DNA of 64,000 nucleotides from a virus (taxonomy: Duplodnaviria > Caudoviricetes), in the IMG/VR virus record IMGVR_UViG_3300014019_000011, positions 1 to 64,000 of that record. One strand, 5' to 3'. Positions within the stretch are counted from its first letter, which is position 1, and every line of letters starts with the position of its first letter. Shown in pieces: positions 9,305 through 19,244 of this stretch. A model generated the notes under the pieces. That model saw nothing but the letters and a program-made list of their open reading frames with translations. It was not told the DNA's origin and searched no databases. Both the position numbers and the translations under genes were made by a program.

Positions 9305-9829
9305 TCACTTCTCCACCAGACCGACAGTCCAGTTCACCTTTCCCGACCATTCCCCGCGATCCCGGGGCTTGTTGATAAGGAAAGCCTTCACCTTCGGCCT
9401 GAATTCGACAAATCCCGATTTCGACTGGCCCATGAGGCTGACGACTTTGGGCGACGGCCATGACCACGCCGCCGGCGGCACGAGGGTCTTGTCGTCGAGA
9501 TAGACGGCCATGTCCTCGTCCGACCAGGCCGCACGGGGCAGCGCGACGGATGTCTGGCCCGCCGCGAAAGGGACCTGCCAGAAGTCGATGAGCGTGACTT
9601 CGACTTCCGTGAGCAACGGCACATGCATCAGGGGCGGCGCGGTCCAGTCCCCCGAGCAGGTATAAGTGATGAGGAGCTTGTCCTCTCCGGGGATGGTGAT
9701 GACGAAGCCGTCGCCGTTGGCATCGCGCTGGAAAGTGCCGTGTTCCTCCCATTCGAGGCTTTCGGATATGTTCCGGCCGGAACCCGGCAGGAACTTCGCG
9801 ACGGAGAGGTCGAGCTTGGTGTTGTTCAT
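9305..9829 (-). CDS. Distal tail (Dit-like) protein
   Basis: 174 aa directly after the tape measure gene; positional call. Confidence 0.55.
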   Translation of the reverse strand: MNNTKLDLSVAKFLPGSGRNISESLEWEEHGTFQRDANGDGFVITIPGEDKLLITYTCSGDWTAPPLMHVPLLTEVEVTLIDFWQVPFAAGQTSVALPRAAWSDEDMAVYLDDKTLVPPAAWSWPSPKVVSLMGQSKSGFVEFRPKVKAFLINKPRDRGEWSGKVNWTVGLVEK

Positions 9830-9833
9830 GATG

Positions 9834-12800
9834 TCACCTCTGCCATGAAGGTCCGGTTGTCGGCTGTGACCGCGAGAAGGCGCCGAGACGCTCGGCGACG
9901 TTCGACTCCGGAGACACCATGTAGATCGTGTCGCCGTTCTGGAGATTGACGTTTACCGGAGTCTGCATGGCGGGGGCCGCGGCGGCCGGTAGGGTGAGAG
10001 ACGAGGACTGGGGCGACGAAATGCTGGAAACCTCGATCATTTTGGCGAGGTATGACTTGTCGAGATCAGTGCCGCTGGTCGCGACATACTTCTCGATTGC
10101 GGTATTTCCCGCACCGAGTTGCGCGCGCCACGTTCCCCAGGCCTTCGGGTCCTTCTTGAACATGGCTTGCTCCTCGAGCAGCTCGCCCTGGGCAGTACCT
10201 GCGGCGATGGCAACGTCGAAGAGAGCATTAACTCCGATGACAATGTCAGAGACACCTTTGATGAAGTCCGAGGCCATGTAAGCCAGACCCATGACCACCT
10301 TGCTCAGTAGTGGCGATATTTTCTCCAGCAGGGAAAGCAAAGAATGGAGCGCTTTCATACCGACATCGCTAATACTGGAGAAAAGCAACCCCCAGTCCAG
10401 GTTCTTCAATGTACTGGAGATATCGTCGATAGCCTCCCTGAGCCTTCCGAAGAACGCGCTAAGCTCGGGGTATTTCTCGTGGAAGTCAGCGACCATGTCC
10501 GATGTGAAGGACTTCACGCTCTTCAGCGCTTCGCCGAACGTCTGCTCCATCCATGTCGCCGTGGTCGGGAACGTCTGCTTGAACTTTGCCCACGCCGCTT
10601 CGAACAGCTTCCCGATATCGTCCCAGTATGCGATCACCAGGCCGATGCCGATGGCTAGCAGCAACGGCCAACCGATGATGCCCGCCACGGCACCGAGAAC
10701 CGTTCTGACGATCGGCATCAGCGTGTTCTTCAGGATGTTGGCGACGAAGGTGACCGCCGTCGAGGCGACACGGGCCATGCCGACGAACAGGGCCGAAATA
10801 CCGAGGAGCTGACCGACGAGGAACGTCAGCGCGACTTCGAGCGGTCCGGACATGCCGAACTTCTCGGCGAGCTTCTCGAGCAGAGGCGTGGCAAACTTGT
10901 AGCCCGTCTCGATGGCGGTCCAGACGCGCTTCAGCGCCCTGATGATGACGGCGGTCGCATAGACGAAGGTGACGGCCCACCTGGTCTGGATGCCGTCGCC
11001 GAAGCCCTTCTTGAAGACGTTCTCGCGGTCGACCCAGAGCGCCCAGAAGTCCTTGGTCACCTGGATCAGGTAATCGAAGGTCTTCACGAGGCCGCCGGTG
11101 ATCGCATCCTGGTTAGAAAGCGCCCAGGTGTTGATAGCCTCGAGAACCGGTAGCAGCGTCGGCATGATCTCGGCGGCGAGCTTGTAGGAAAGCCCGATGA
11201 TGATCTGCCACATGTCGTAGACGGAGGCCCACAGCTTCTCGAAGGAAGCGACTTGCGCATCGGTCAGGACAACTCCGAGGTCGAAGGCGCGCTGGGCCTG
11301 CTTGTCGATGCCCGCCGCGCCGTCCTGAAGCATCGGCAGAAGCTTGGCGAGGTCCTGGCCGCCGAGATTCGTCAGGAACTCGATCCTGATGTTGTCGTTC
11401 GGCATCTGCTTCAGGACATCGGCGATGTGGCGCAAGATCACGTACTGAGACGAGAAGTCCTTGCCCGTCGAATCCATGAACGGAATCCGGTACTGCCTGA
11501 AGAGGTTGGCGGCGACCGCCGCATCCGGCTTGCGCTCCTTGATGTCCATCATGCGCTGCCGCAAGGCGGCCGCGCCGGACAGGTAGTCGTCGAAGTTGAT
11601 ACCGCTGGAACCGGCGACATACTTCATCGCCGTGAAGGCATCGAGCGACTGCCCGACGGACTTCGCGGCGTTCTGGAGCTGTTGGGCGTTCCACGAGGCG
11701 ATGATGCCGATGGCGGAGATACCGCCGAGGACGGCAGCGCCACCGAGGGCGGCGAGACCCGCGCCGAGAACGCCGAGGATACCGCCGATACCAGCACGCA
11801 GGGCCGTGTTGCCGATGGCGAATTCGAGCTGCTTCAACGCGCCGCCGAACCTGGACACGTCACGAGCGGCATCGCTGAACAGGCGGCCCATGCCGCGGGC
11901 GGCACGACCCATGCGGGGAGCGCCATGACGGAAAGCACCGCCAGCGGTGTTCACGCCGCGCATCGCCTGACGAAGGGCATCCACGTCACCGGTCAGAGCC
12001 TGAATGCGGTCGCGGTCCTGTTGGGCCGCGGCGGCGAAGGCGGCGCGCTCGGTCGCCATAGTGGAGGCGAAGGCCGCGCGCTCGGATGCGATATTGCGAG
12101 CATGTGCGGCGCGCTCGGATGCCAGACGGGCGCGGTTGCCCGCCTGCTCGCCGAGAAGCGCCCGGCTTGCGGCAGCGCGCTCCGAAGCCATCGTCGAATG
12201 GAATGCGGCACGCTCGCGACCGATGAGCGCGGCATGGTTCGCGCGCTCGTTGGCGAGGTCGGTGGTGAAACGCGCCCGTTCCCTGCCGATCTGCGCATGC
12301 ATGCGCGTCCGCTCTGTGCCCAATTGGCGAAGATAGTCGGCGCGGTCGCGACGGAGCTGATCCTGATGAGCGACGTTGAGGCGGGAAATTTCCGCCTGAT
12401 GCTGACTATGAAGACGGCCGATTTCGGCGGCGTGGTTCTGCCGGGCGCGCGATAGCTCGTCCCGATGCGACTGGCGCTGTCGAGACATCTGATCGTTGAA
12501 GCCCTGCCGCTCGGCGTTCAGCCTGGCGACCTGAGCGTCGAAATCGCGCTGCAGGCGCTTGCGGTTGTCTTCGGTTTCCTGACGGAACTTCTCGCGGGAA
12601 CGCTTGATCTCGTCGTCCAGACGGGCACGTTCCCGCGCCATGTAATCACGATAGTCCTGGTCACGCTTGGCATCCCGCGATGCCTGCTCGGCCCGGCGGT
12701 TCTGCGCGTCCTGGATACGCTTCTCGCGCTCTTCTTCCCGCTTGGCGCGGGCTTCCTCGGCGGCATGGCGCTTCGCCTCGGACTCCGGTGACGACGGATC

Positions 12801-13427
12801 GCGGGCGGAGGCCCTCTCGGTGCGCTGACGCTCGCGCTCGGCACGGTCCTTCTCTGCCTGGTCGGCCGCTTCCATGCGGTCGCCAAGACCCTTGAAGAAC
12901 TCGTCGTTCTCGGTGCGGAGACGCTCGGAGGCGGCAAGGATACGGTCGAGATCGGCATCGGGGACGATATCGCCGAACAGGCCGTTGCGACGACCGTCAC
13001 CGACGAGTTCGTCGAGGGCGCGCGTGGTCTCGCGCACGGTCAGGAGATCGCGGTCTCCCGTCGTGCCGAGAATACGGACACCATCGCCGCGGGTCATGGC
13101 CGCAACGTCGTCGAGCGCTTCGAGGGCGCGGCGCATCTTGGAGGCGCGGCGATCGATGTCGTTGGCTAGATCGAGAGCGGCCTTCTCGTGGACGGACGGA
13201 GTCCTGTCCTTGTCGATCTTGATTTTGGCCCGGATGTCGCGGGAAATGCGCTCGAGGGACTTCAGCTCGCGCTCGAGGCGCTTGACCTCGCGGGTGGCCT
13301 TTTCGGCCTCCTTGTCGACCTTGTCGAAGCCCTTTTTCGCGGAATCGCCGACCTTGTCGAAAAGGTCGATGAGTTCCTTGCCGCCCAGAACTTCCAGGCG
13401 GGCGCGCAGCGTGTTGTTGATCGCCAT
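9834..13427 (-). CDS. Tape measure protein
   Basis: 1197 aa, helical, Ala/Arg-rich, central hydrophobic segments, follows the tail chaperones. Confidence 0.9.
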   Translation of the reverse strand: MAINNTLRARLEVLGGKELIDLFDKVGDSAKKGFDKVDKEAEKATREVKRLERELKSLERISRDIRAKIKIDKDRTPSVHEKAALDLANDIDRRASKMRRALEALDDVAAMTRGDGVRILGTTGDRDLLTVRETTRALDELVGDGRRNGLFGDIVPDADLDRILAASERLRTENDEFFKGLGDRMEAADQAEKDRAERERQRTERASARDPSSPESEAKRHAAEEARAKREEEREKRIQDAQNRRAEQASRDAKRDQDYRDYMARERARLDDEIKRSREKFRQETEDNRKRLQRDFDAQVARLNAERQGFNDQMSRQRQSHRDELSRARQNHAAEIGRLHSQHQAEISRLNVAHQDQLRRDRADYLRQLGTERTRMHAQIGRERARFTTDLANERANHAALIGRERAAFHSTMASERAAASRALLGEQAGNRARLASERAAHARNIASERAAFASTMATERAAFAAAAQQDRDRIQALTGDVDALRQAMRGVNTAGGAFRHGAPRMGRAARGMGRLFSDAARDVSRFGGALKQLEFAIGNTALRAGIGGILGVLGAGLAALGGAAVLGGISAIGIIASWNAQQLQNAAKSVGQSLDAFTAMKYVAGSSGINFDDYLSGAAALRQRMMDIKERKPDAAVAANLFRQYRIPFMDSTGKDFSSQYVILRHIADVLKQMPNDNIRIEFLTNLGGQDLAKLLPMLQDGAAGIDKQAQRAFDLGVVLTDAQVASFEKLWASVYDMWQIIIGLSYKLAAEIMPTLLPVLEAINTWALSNQDAITGGLVKTFDYLIQVTKDFWALWVDRENVFKKGFGDGIQTRWAVTFVYATAVIIRALKRVWTAIETGYKFATPLLEKLAEKFGMSGPLEVALTFLVGQLLGISALFVGMARVASTAVTFVANILKNTLMPIVRTVLGAVAGIIGWPLLLAIGIGLVIAYWDDIGKLFEAAWAKFKQTFPTTATWMEQTFGEALKSVKSFTSDMVADFHEKYPELSAFFGRLREAIDDISSTLKNLDWGLLFSSISDVGMKALHSLLSLLEKISPLLSKVVMGLAYMASDFIKGVSDIVIGVNALFDVAIAAGTAQGELLEEQAMFKKDPKAWGTWRAQLGAGNTAIEKYVATSGTDLDKSYLAKMIEVSSISSPQSSSLTLPAAAAPAMQTPVNVNLQNGDTIYMVSPESNVAERLGAFSRSQPTTGPSWQR

Positions 13428-13430
13428 GTA

Positions 13431-14084
13431 TCAGCCCTTGAAGTGCGTGCGGAATTTCGTGGGGAGGAGCTTGAAGGCCTCGGCGGCGCGGCGCTCGAGC
13501 GAGACGCGCTTCTTCTGCCGGGTCCATGGGCGAAGGTTGAACAGGAAGATCGTTTCCTCGCCTTCCTTGGCGGCGAGATAGGTCTCTTCGAACTCACCCT
13601 CCTGGACCTGAACCGGGAAGAGCTGGCCGAACATTCTGCGGGCCTTGTCGGTCTGGGAAAGACGACGGCTATGGCCGCGACCTTGCCCGACCTCGTGAAG
13701 ACCGCGCTTCTCGGCCTCCTTGGTCGGGATGGCGAGAAAGCCCGAGCGCGCTGGACGGATGATGCCGCCGTCCTCGAAGATATGCGCCCACGAGGGGTTT
13801 GCCTGAACGGTCGCCGCCGGCGAATACGAGAACCTGCCCGGTTGCTTCTTCGCGTCGGGATAGTCGTAGGTGCGGAACGAGTTCTCGAACCGCGCCTTGC
13901 CGCCCCGATGATTGCGGAAGTTCCGGCGCACGTCGGCGCGCACCGCCTCCTTGGCGATGGCGGAGACATCGCGCATGGCAGCGGTCACGGCCCTGCCGAT
14001 CGGATGCTTCAGCTCGTCGAAATACTCTTCGGGATCGACGAGCGTCTTGAAGTCGAGATTGAACTTGAGGTCCTTTTTCGCCAT
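13431..14084 (-). CDS. Minor tail/neck component (tail completion-like)
   Basis: Basic 217-aa ORF coupled to the tape measure start; A...IFEDGGII...GFLAIPT motif. Confidence 0.55.
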   Translation of the reverse strand: MAKKDLKFNLDFKTLVDPEEYFDELKHPIGRAVTAAMRDVSAIAKEAVRADVRRNFRNHRGGKARFENSFRTYDYPDAKKQPGRFSYSPAATVQANPSWAHIFEDGGIIRPARSGFLAIPTKEAEKRGLHEVGQGRGHSRRLSQTDKARRMFGQLFPVQVQEGEFEETYLAAKEGEETIFLFNLRPWTRQKKRVSLERRAAEAFKLLPTKFRTHFKG

Positions 14085-14091
14085 GGGGACC

Positions 14092-14358
14092 TCACTTCGT
14101 CATCCGCTTGATGTAGTCCTCGAAGCCCTTCTTGTCGGCATGCTCGGCGACGCGGCAGGCGGTCGCGAGGGCCGCGAAGTACTCCTCGGATGCCCAGTGA
14201 TCGAACTGCTCGAAGGCACTGAGCTGGCGCGGTGTCATGGCCCAGCACTCGGCAAGGCCGTATTTCGGTGCGAGTTTCGCGATTACGCGGCCAAGCCAGT
14301 GTTCGAGCTTGTTGCGCTGTCGCCCTGCACCGTGAGACCCAGCGCCGTCAGAAAATCC
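14092..14358 (-). other. -1 frame extension of the tail assembly chaperone (gpGT-like)
   Basis: G GAT TTT at 14358-14352; -1 frame open to TGA at 14094-14092 and encodes WAMTPRQL. Confidence 0.65.
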
Positions 14359-14744
14359 CCGAGGCCCTCCGGGAACGTGAGGTCATAGGCGTTTTTCAGG
14401 AAAAGCAGTTGGGTCGAGACCGGAAGATCGCGGACGACGGCCTCGGCCTTGATGATGTCGGCGGCTTCCTTGCGGGGCAGCCTGGAGGCCCAGACGATGG
14501 CCGACGGCATGACACCGTAGCTGAGCGTGTCGAGGATCGTGCTGTCCGCGCCGGTGATCATGGCCTGAAAGGACTTGCCCTCGTCGGCGGCGGATTTGAA
14601 CGCCTCGGCGACCGCGCCGATTTCCTCGCGGTAGGCGGAAAGCAGGTCGGCAATGGCCTCGGCGGACCAGCCGTAGACCTTGATCTTGTCGTCGCCGACA
14701 GGGATTTCGCGGGACTGCGGGGAGATTTCGAGAAGTGAACTCAT
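14283..14744 (-). CDS. Tail assembly chaperone (gpG-like)
   Basis: 153 aa between tail tube and tape measure genes. Confidence 0.8.
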   Translation of the reverse strand: MSSLLEISPQSREIPVGDDKIKVYGWSAEAIADLLSAYREEIGAVAEAFKSAADEGKSFQAMITGADSTILDTLSYGVMPSAIVWASRLPRKEAADIIKAEAVVRDLPVSTQLLFLKNAYDLTFPEGLGDFLTALGLTVQGDSATSSNTGLAA

Positions 14745-14842
14745 CTTGGGTTCCTAACTGAGATATGGATGGCTGAGAGGTATCCGGAAACGAAAAGCGC
14801 CCCCGGAGGAGCGCCTTTCGAGATCAGGGATGGTGGTGAGGA

Positions 14843-15622
14843 TCAGGCCGCGAGGGTCTGCTCGACACCGAAGGCGAATTCCTCGGCATCGCCGAAGGCC
14901 AGAGCCTTGACCGCGTCGGCAAGGCATTCGCCCTCGATCTCGATGCCCGACCTTTCGTTGCCGATGTATCCGCGACCGCTGGACGGCGTGAGGCGGACCT
15001 TCCAGAGGTTGATGATGACCTTGTTGCCGAGCTTGTTGTTGCCGACGAGCATGATCTCGGCTTCGATGTCCGAGTTTCCGCCGATACCGGTCTTCAACCG
15101 GTTCGAGGTCGCGGCGATGGCAGCCTGGTCGAAGGTGATGTGCAGCGGCGTATCGAGAAGCGGCTGGATGACACCGGTCTTCAGGTCGATGGTGTAATCC
15201 GAACCGAGAACCAGCGCGTCCTCGGGTTCGTCGAGGGCATCGGCCTTCACGACCACGTTCGAGATGTCGAAGGCGCCGATCAGATAGGCTTGGCCAGCCT
15301 TGGCGGCAGAAATTGTGACCGTCTGCGCCGTCTGCGCCGTCTGGGTCATAACTCCCATGGAACCCATCACGCCGAGGGCGCGGTTGCGGTTCGTGTGCTG
15401 CATGAGCGTCATGGAGCACTTGACGGCGATGTCCGTCACCTGGCTGTCGGCGGTACGGGCAACGCCGAACCGGTTGTCCTTGCGCTCGTCGCGCTCGACT
15501 TCGACGGAAATCTCGAAGGCATCGGTGTCGCCGAGTTCCTCGAAATAGTCGTTGCCCTTGAACTTCGCGAAGAGGAAGCCCTTCGGGATGACGTAGTTGC
15601 CCTGGATGGGGTTGATATTCAT
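14843..15622 (-). CDS. Major tail tube protein
   Basis: 259 aa, beta-rich, followed by a hairpin and the chaperone gene. Confidence 0.8.
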   Translation of the reverse strand: MNINPIQGNYVIPKGFLFAKFKGNDYFEELGDTDAFEISVEVERDERKDNRFGVARTADSQVTDIAVKCSMTLMQHTNRNRALGVMGSMGVMTQTAQTAQTVTISAAKAGQAYLIGAFDISNVVVKADALDEPEDALVLGSDYTIDLKTGVIQPLLDTPLHITFDQAAIAATSNRLKTGIGGNSDIEAEIMLVGNNKLGNKVIINLWKVRLTPSSGRGYIGNERSGIEIEGECLADAVKALAFGDAEEFAFGVEQTLAA

Positions 15623-15646
15623 GGATAGCTCCTTGTTGTCAGTGGA

Positions 15647-16102
15647 TTAGGGCACGTAGGTGAACGGCAGGCTCACCTCGAGCATGAAGACCCCGATGGC
15701 CGGGGAAGTGGCTTGTGCCGGGGTCGGAAAGAACGCGCCGTCGATCCCGATGCCGCCGTCGTGCTGGATCAGGGCCAGCAGGAACTGCTCGTCGTGGAAG
15801 AGCGCGTCCGTGACCTTCTTGAACAGGGCGTTGATCTTCTGGCCGACGGTGTCGGACGAGCCTTCGACATAGCCCCAGATCGTCGGCGTGAGGGTCATCT
15901 CGAAGACAGGACGACGACCGGCCGCGACCGCGTTCTTCCTGTCCGTCTCGCCGACAAGATCGCCGTCATGGAGGACGATGGCCGTGGCCGTGTCGTCGTC
16001 GATGCGGTGCGTCCGGTTCCGTTCGCAGAGCGCGATATCGGGAATGCGTTGCAGGGCCGCGAAGAGCGCGGACAGGATGTCTTCTCTAGCGTCGTCGCTC
16101 AT
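15647..16102 (-). CDS. Tail terminator/completion protein
   Basis: MSDDAREDILSAL N-terminus typical of gpU-like proteins; synteny. Confidence 0.7.
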   Translation of the reverse strand: MSDDAREDILSALFAALQRIPDIALCERNRTHRIDDDTATAIVLHDGDLVGETDRKNAVAAGRRPVFEMTLTPTIWGYVEGSSDTVGQKINALFKKVTDALFHDEQFLLALIQHDGGIGIDGAFFPTPAQATSPAIGVFMLEVSLPFTYVP

Positions 16103-16446
16103 GGCCGGATTTCCTCAAGCTGTAGCTGCCACTCGCCGATGCCGTTGGCACCCTTCTGCTTGGCCGACTTGATGCGATAGCCGGTCGTTTCGCCGTTGAT
16201 GACGATGGTGCCGCCCGACGGCTTGTCGGGGCATTGCGAATGCCTGACGAAGACGTTGGCATCCTCGGCGTTGGTGCCGGGAACGAGGACCGTCTGCCTG
16301 CCGCGGGCGGCGGTGACGTTGACCCCGTCGCGGTGGTCGAGGATCAGGCACGGGATGACCGCGCCGGATTTCGTGGTGATGACGGCGGGAACGCCGAAGG
16401 TGACCTCGTAGGTCAGGTCGAGGAGCAGCGCCTGGTTGTCGATCAT
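16099..16446 (-). CDS. Head-tail joining protein (head closure)
   Basis: Start MIDNQ at 16446; FGVPAVI... fold pattern; synteny. Confidence 0.7.
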   Translation of the reverse strand: MIDNQALLLDLTYEVTFGVPAVITTKSGAVIPCLILDHRDGVNVTAARGRQTVLVPGTNAEDANVFVRHSQCPDKPSGGTIVINGETTGYRIKSAKQKGANGIGEWQLQLEEIRP

Positions 16447-16453
16447 GGTGAGC

Positions 16454-16828
16454 CTAAAGTTCGGTCGCCGCGATCCAGAAGGCATCGACGGCGGATTCGG
16501 ACATGCCGAGGGCTGCCGCGAAGACACCGACGAGTGGATGCGTCCGCTCGAATGTCGTGGCACCCATCAGGAACATGCGAGCGGGAAACTGGTCGTCCGA
16601 CGGCAGACCGACGACGATGGCCTCGATGGCAGCGGGAAACGCACCGGTCGCGACAGCGGCGACGGCTTCCGACTCGGTGATGTAGTTGGCGACGGCGAGC
16701 TGCTGGTAGAACTGGCGCTTGCTGATGTCGGCGAGAACGACGAGTGGATCGTGGTCAGGAACGAATTCCTCAACTTCCTTGATCGTACCGGTTTCGATAT
16801 TGACTTTGCGGACAAGTATGGTCGGCAT
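16454..16828 (-). CDS. Fibre assembly chaperone-like protein
   Basis: ISKRQF.QQL...FERTHPLV...DAFW; clearly homologous to 48668-49093 next to the podovirus fibre. Confidence 0.65.
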   Translation of the reverse strand: MPTILVRKVNIETGTIKEVEEFVPDHDPLVVLADISKRQFYQQLAVANYITESEAVAAVATGAFPAAIEAIVVGLPSDDQFPARMFLMGATTFERTHPLVGVFAAALGMSESAVDAFWIAATEL

Positions 16829-17418
16829 TAGGTCCTCCAACTCAGCTGGGCCGTACCCGCATCAAAGGAGCCGAGAGCGATATTCAGGCGAACGCCGGTG
16901 ATCCCTTCTCCGACGGCGGGAGTCTGAAATCCCGAGAGGAAGATACCTTCCAACGGGTTATGGGTGATCACCGCGCCGTCCCACTCTGCCGGACTCAAGC
17001 GCGACAAGTCGATGCGGCTAGACACGAAGTCGACCTGAGCCATAGATATTGAAACCGGACATCGCGTATTGTTGGATGCAAAGGAACTCGAAGCACCTCC
17101 GGACAAAATCGAGCCTCTCAATCTCGAGACGTAGTATCGGTAACCGGCGTTGATTAACCCTCCCGATGAATTGAAAACCTGAATGCTTATTCCGATATCG
17201 CCAGAATAGTTCCCGGAGGCGCGGTTGATCTTGATTGACACCTCGTTCGCGTAGGTGGGTACGCCGAGAAGATCGACGGCGTTCATGCCTGACAAGGAAA
17301 CAACAGGTCCATAGACCCAGCCCGTCTTACCCGGTTGATCGTACTCGGTGATCGCGGCTGTGATGAGCTTTTCGACATCCTTCGCCGAAAGACCTGGTGG
17401 CGATGATGGAAGCATCAT
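16828..17418 (-). CDS. Short fibre/receptor-binding-like protein in the head module
   Basis: C-terminal ITGVRL...GSFDAGTAQL resembles fibre head domains; lower GC than neighbours. Confidence 0.5.
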   Translation of the reverse strand: MMLPSSPPGLSAKDVEKLITAAITEYDQPGKTGWVYGPVVSLSGMNAVDLLGVPTYANEVSIKINRASGNYSGDIGISIQVFNSSGGLINAGYRYYVSRLRGSILSGGASSSFASNNTRCPVSISMAQVDFVSSRIDLSRLSPAEWDGAVITHNPLEGIFLSGFQTPAVGEGITGVRLNIALGSFDAGTAQLSWRT

Positions 17419-17421
17419 GGG

Positions 17422-17748
17422 TCAGAACTCCCAGATTTCGACGGAAACGGTCCCTGCGTTGGCTAGGGTCATCTCGACATCGCGGAAATCGAGCGTGCCG
17501 GACGGCCACATCATGCCAACCGGAAGCCGCCAGATGCTGGACTTGTCTGCGGTCGGAAGGAGCAGGACATCGGTGGCATCGGAAGACGTGAACAGGAACC
17601 AGGCCATAGGGCTGCCGTCCTGAAGGATGTGCGTGAGAGCGCCGTCGACGAAGTCCGCATCCGTGTATTTCGTGTAGAACACCGGAAACGGTGCGACCCC
17701 GAGGCCTTGGTCATTGTGGTCTTCGGGGGTTCTCAATCGCCTGATCAT
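17422..17748 (-). CDS. Small virion protein (possible spike base)
   Basis: 108 aa, beta-rich, co-transcribed with the fibre-like gene. Confidence 0.5.
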   Translation of the reverse strand: MIRRLRTPEDHNDQGLGVAPFPVFYTKYTDADFVDGALTHILQDGSPMAWFLFTSSDATDVLLLPTADKSSIWRLPVGMMWPSGTLDFRDVEMTLANAGTVSVEIWEF

Positions 17749-17886
17749 CGCGATCTCCTATGTTCGCCAGTCTCATTGGGTGATGTCCGAAGGACTGGCA
17801 TGGAAATGGTCGGCGCAGCGGCGGACCTGGTGTTGACGCGCCCGCGTTCCTATTCCCATATGAACCGTCACAAGGCTGGGGGTGTC

Positions 17887-18744
17887 ATGACAAGCAAAGT
17901 GTTCAGACCGATGCGATACTGGGCCTTTGAACTTGGCGCCGGTCTGGCGGCCCTTGTCTGCTTCTATCTGGCTATCGCCTTTGCGTTTGGCTTCGAAAGT
18001 CTCGACAAGGAGATGCTTGGGTCGAAGGAAATCATGCGATGGTTCATGGTCGCCACGCTACCCGTATTGGGATCAGTGGGGGCCTTCGTATGGATCGGTG
18101 CCCGTCTGGACTTTCCGCGGGTGGAGGTGACCGACGGGGCCGTGCTGTTCGTAAACGTCTTCGGAATTCGCAAGGACATCCGTCTGGCAGAGTACGGTCC
18201 GGCGTACGTCCACAAGGATAAGCGGCACAAGATCGACTACATCACCTTTTTCAAAGCCGAGAAGGAAGCCGCGCTCAGGCAAACCGGTGAATTCGCACGG
18301 CCGACGGATTCGACTGCGGACCTCAACCTGCCGCTTTCCTTCCTCGTCGGAGGAAAACAGTCCCCGCTGGCTGAAGAGATAGCGGAAGCCATCAACGCTG
18401 CGCGCGAAAACACGCCCGAGCATGAGACCGTTTCCGATGAAGTGGCCGACCGCATGTTGCGGGACCATCGACGGAAGAAGCGGCTATACATGTGGATCAT
18501 GCCGCCGCTTATCATCGGCCTGCTCGTGCTGGAGACGATGGCTGACAAGAAACCTTCGACGATCTTCATCGTCGGCGCGGTCGTCATGGCGGTCACGAAG
18601 TTCTTTCTGGACTACATGGAGGACTCGCCGAACGTCTGGGTACAGCGCATCCGGGTTGCAATCGCAATGGCCATCTACGCGATCATCGCCATCATGGTCG
18701 CAATGCTGATCTGGTGGCTACTCGCATGGCTAGGGTGGAGATAG
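17887..18744 (+). CDS. Membrane protein moron (2 TM + soluble PH-like domain + 3 TM)
   Basis: Opposite strand within the late operon; ATG at 17887 with GGGG RBS. Confidence 0.75.
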   Translation: MTSKVFRPMRYWAFELGAGLAALVCFYLAIAFAFGFESLDKEMLGSKEIMRWFMVATLPVLGSVGAFVWIGARLDFPRVEVTDGAVLFVNVFGIRKDIRLAEYGPAYVHKDKRHKIDYITFFKAEKEAALRQTGEFARPTDSTADLNLPLSFLVGGKQSPLAEEIAEAINAARENTPEHETVSDEVADRMLRDHRRKKRLYMWIMPPLIIGLLVLETMADKKPSTIFIVGAVVMAVTKFFLDYMEDSPNVWVQRIRVAIAMAIYAIIAIMVAMLIWWLLAWLGWR

Positions 18745-18807
18745 CGGTCGCCGATGACTGTTCGCCAGCGGGGATCGCTCCCCGCTGCTGTTGTCGAGAT
18801 GGATGGA

Positions 18808-19152
18808 TCAGGGACCTGACGGAGCAGGAACCGGGAATACGTCCGTGCCGTTCAGGCGGACATCGACCGTGCCGGTTCCGACACCGACAATGACACCGAT
18901 CTTGTAGAGGCCAGTGTCCTCGGCATCGGTGACTTCGCCCTCGTCGGCATCGAAATAGGCTGCCTTGAAGAGGTCGCCTTCGCCCGGGAGCGAATAGACA
19001 CCCTTCGGGTACAGCTCGTTCTTCTCGCCTTCGAGCGTGGTCTTGATGGCGATGCCGAAGAGGTTCTCGATGACATAGCCCTTGCCGGACTCGAAGCCGC
19101 CGGCGGGCGTGACCACGGTGATGGCGTTGCCCTCTGCTACGAATGTTCTCAT
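18808..19152 (-). CDS. DUF2190-family capsid decoration/cement protein
   Basis: MRTFVAEGNAITV...GVY.LP...GT.TVDVRLN pattern; follows the capsid gene. Confidence 0.8.
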   Translation of the reverse strand: MRTFVAEGNAITVVTPAGGFESGKGYVIENLFGIAIKTTLEGEKNELYPKGVYSLPGEGDLFKAAYFDADEGEVTDAEDTGLYKIGVIVGVGTGTVDVRLNGTDVFPVPAPSGP

Positions 19153-19196
19153 GGATGGGTTCTCCTAAGTGGGAATGGTTGGTGTGCTGCGGGCAG

Positions 19197-19224
19197 CAAA
19201 AAGGGAGCCGAAGCTCCCTGTTTT
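19197..19224. terminator. Terminator downstream of the capsid gene
   Basis: AAAAAGGGAGC-CGAA-GCTCCCTGTTTT. Confidence 0.7.
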
Positions 19225-19244
19225 GCCGGGTCTGCCGAGGTCCC

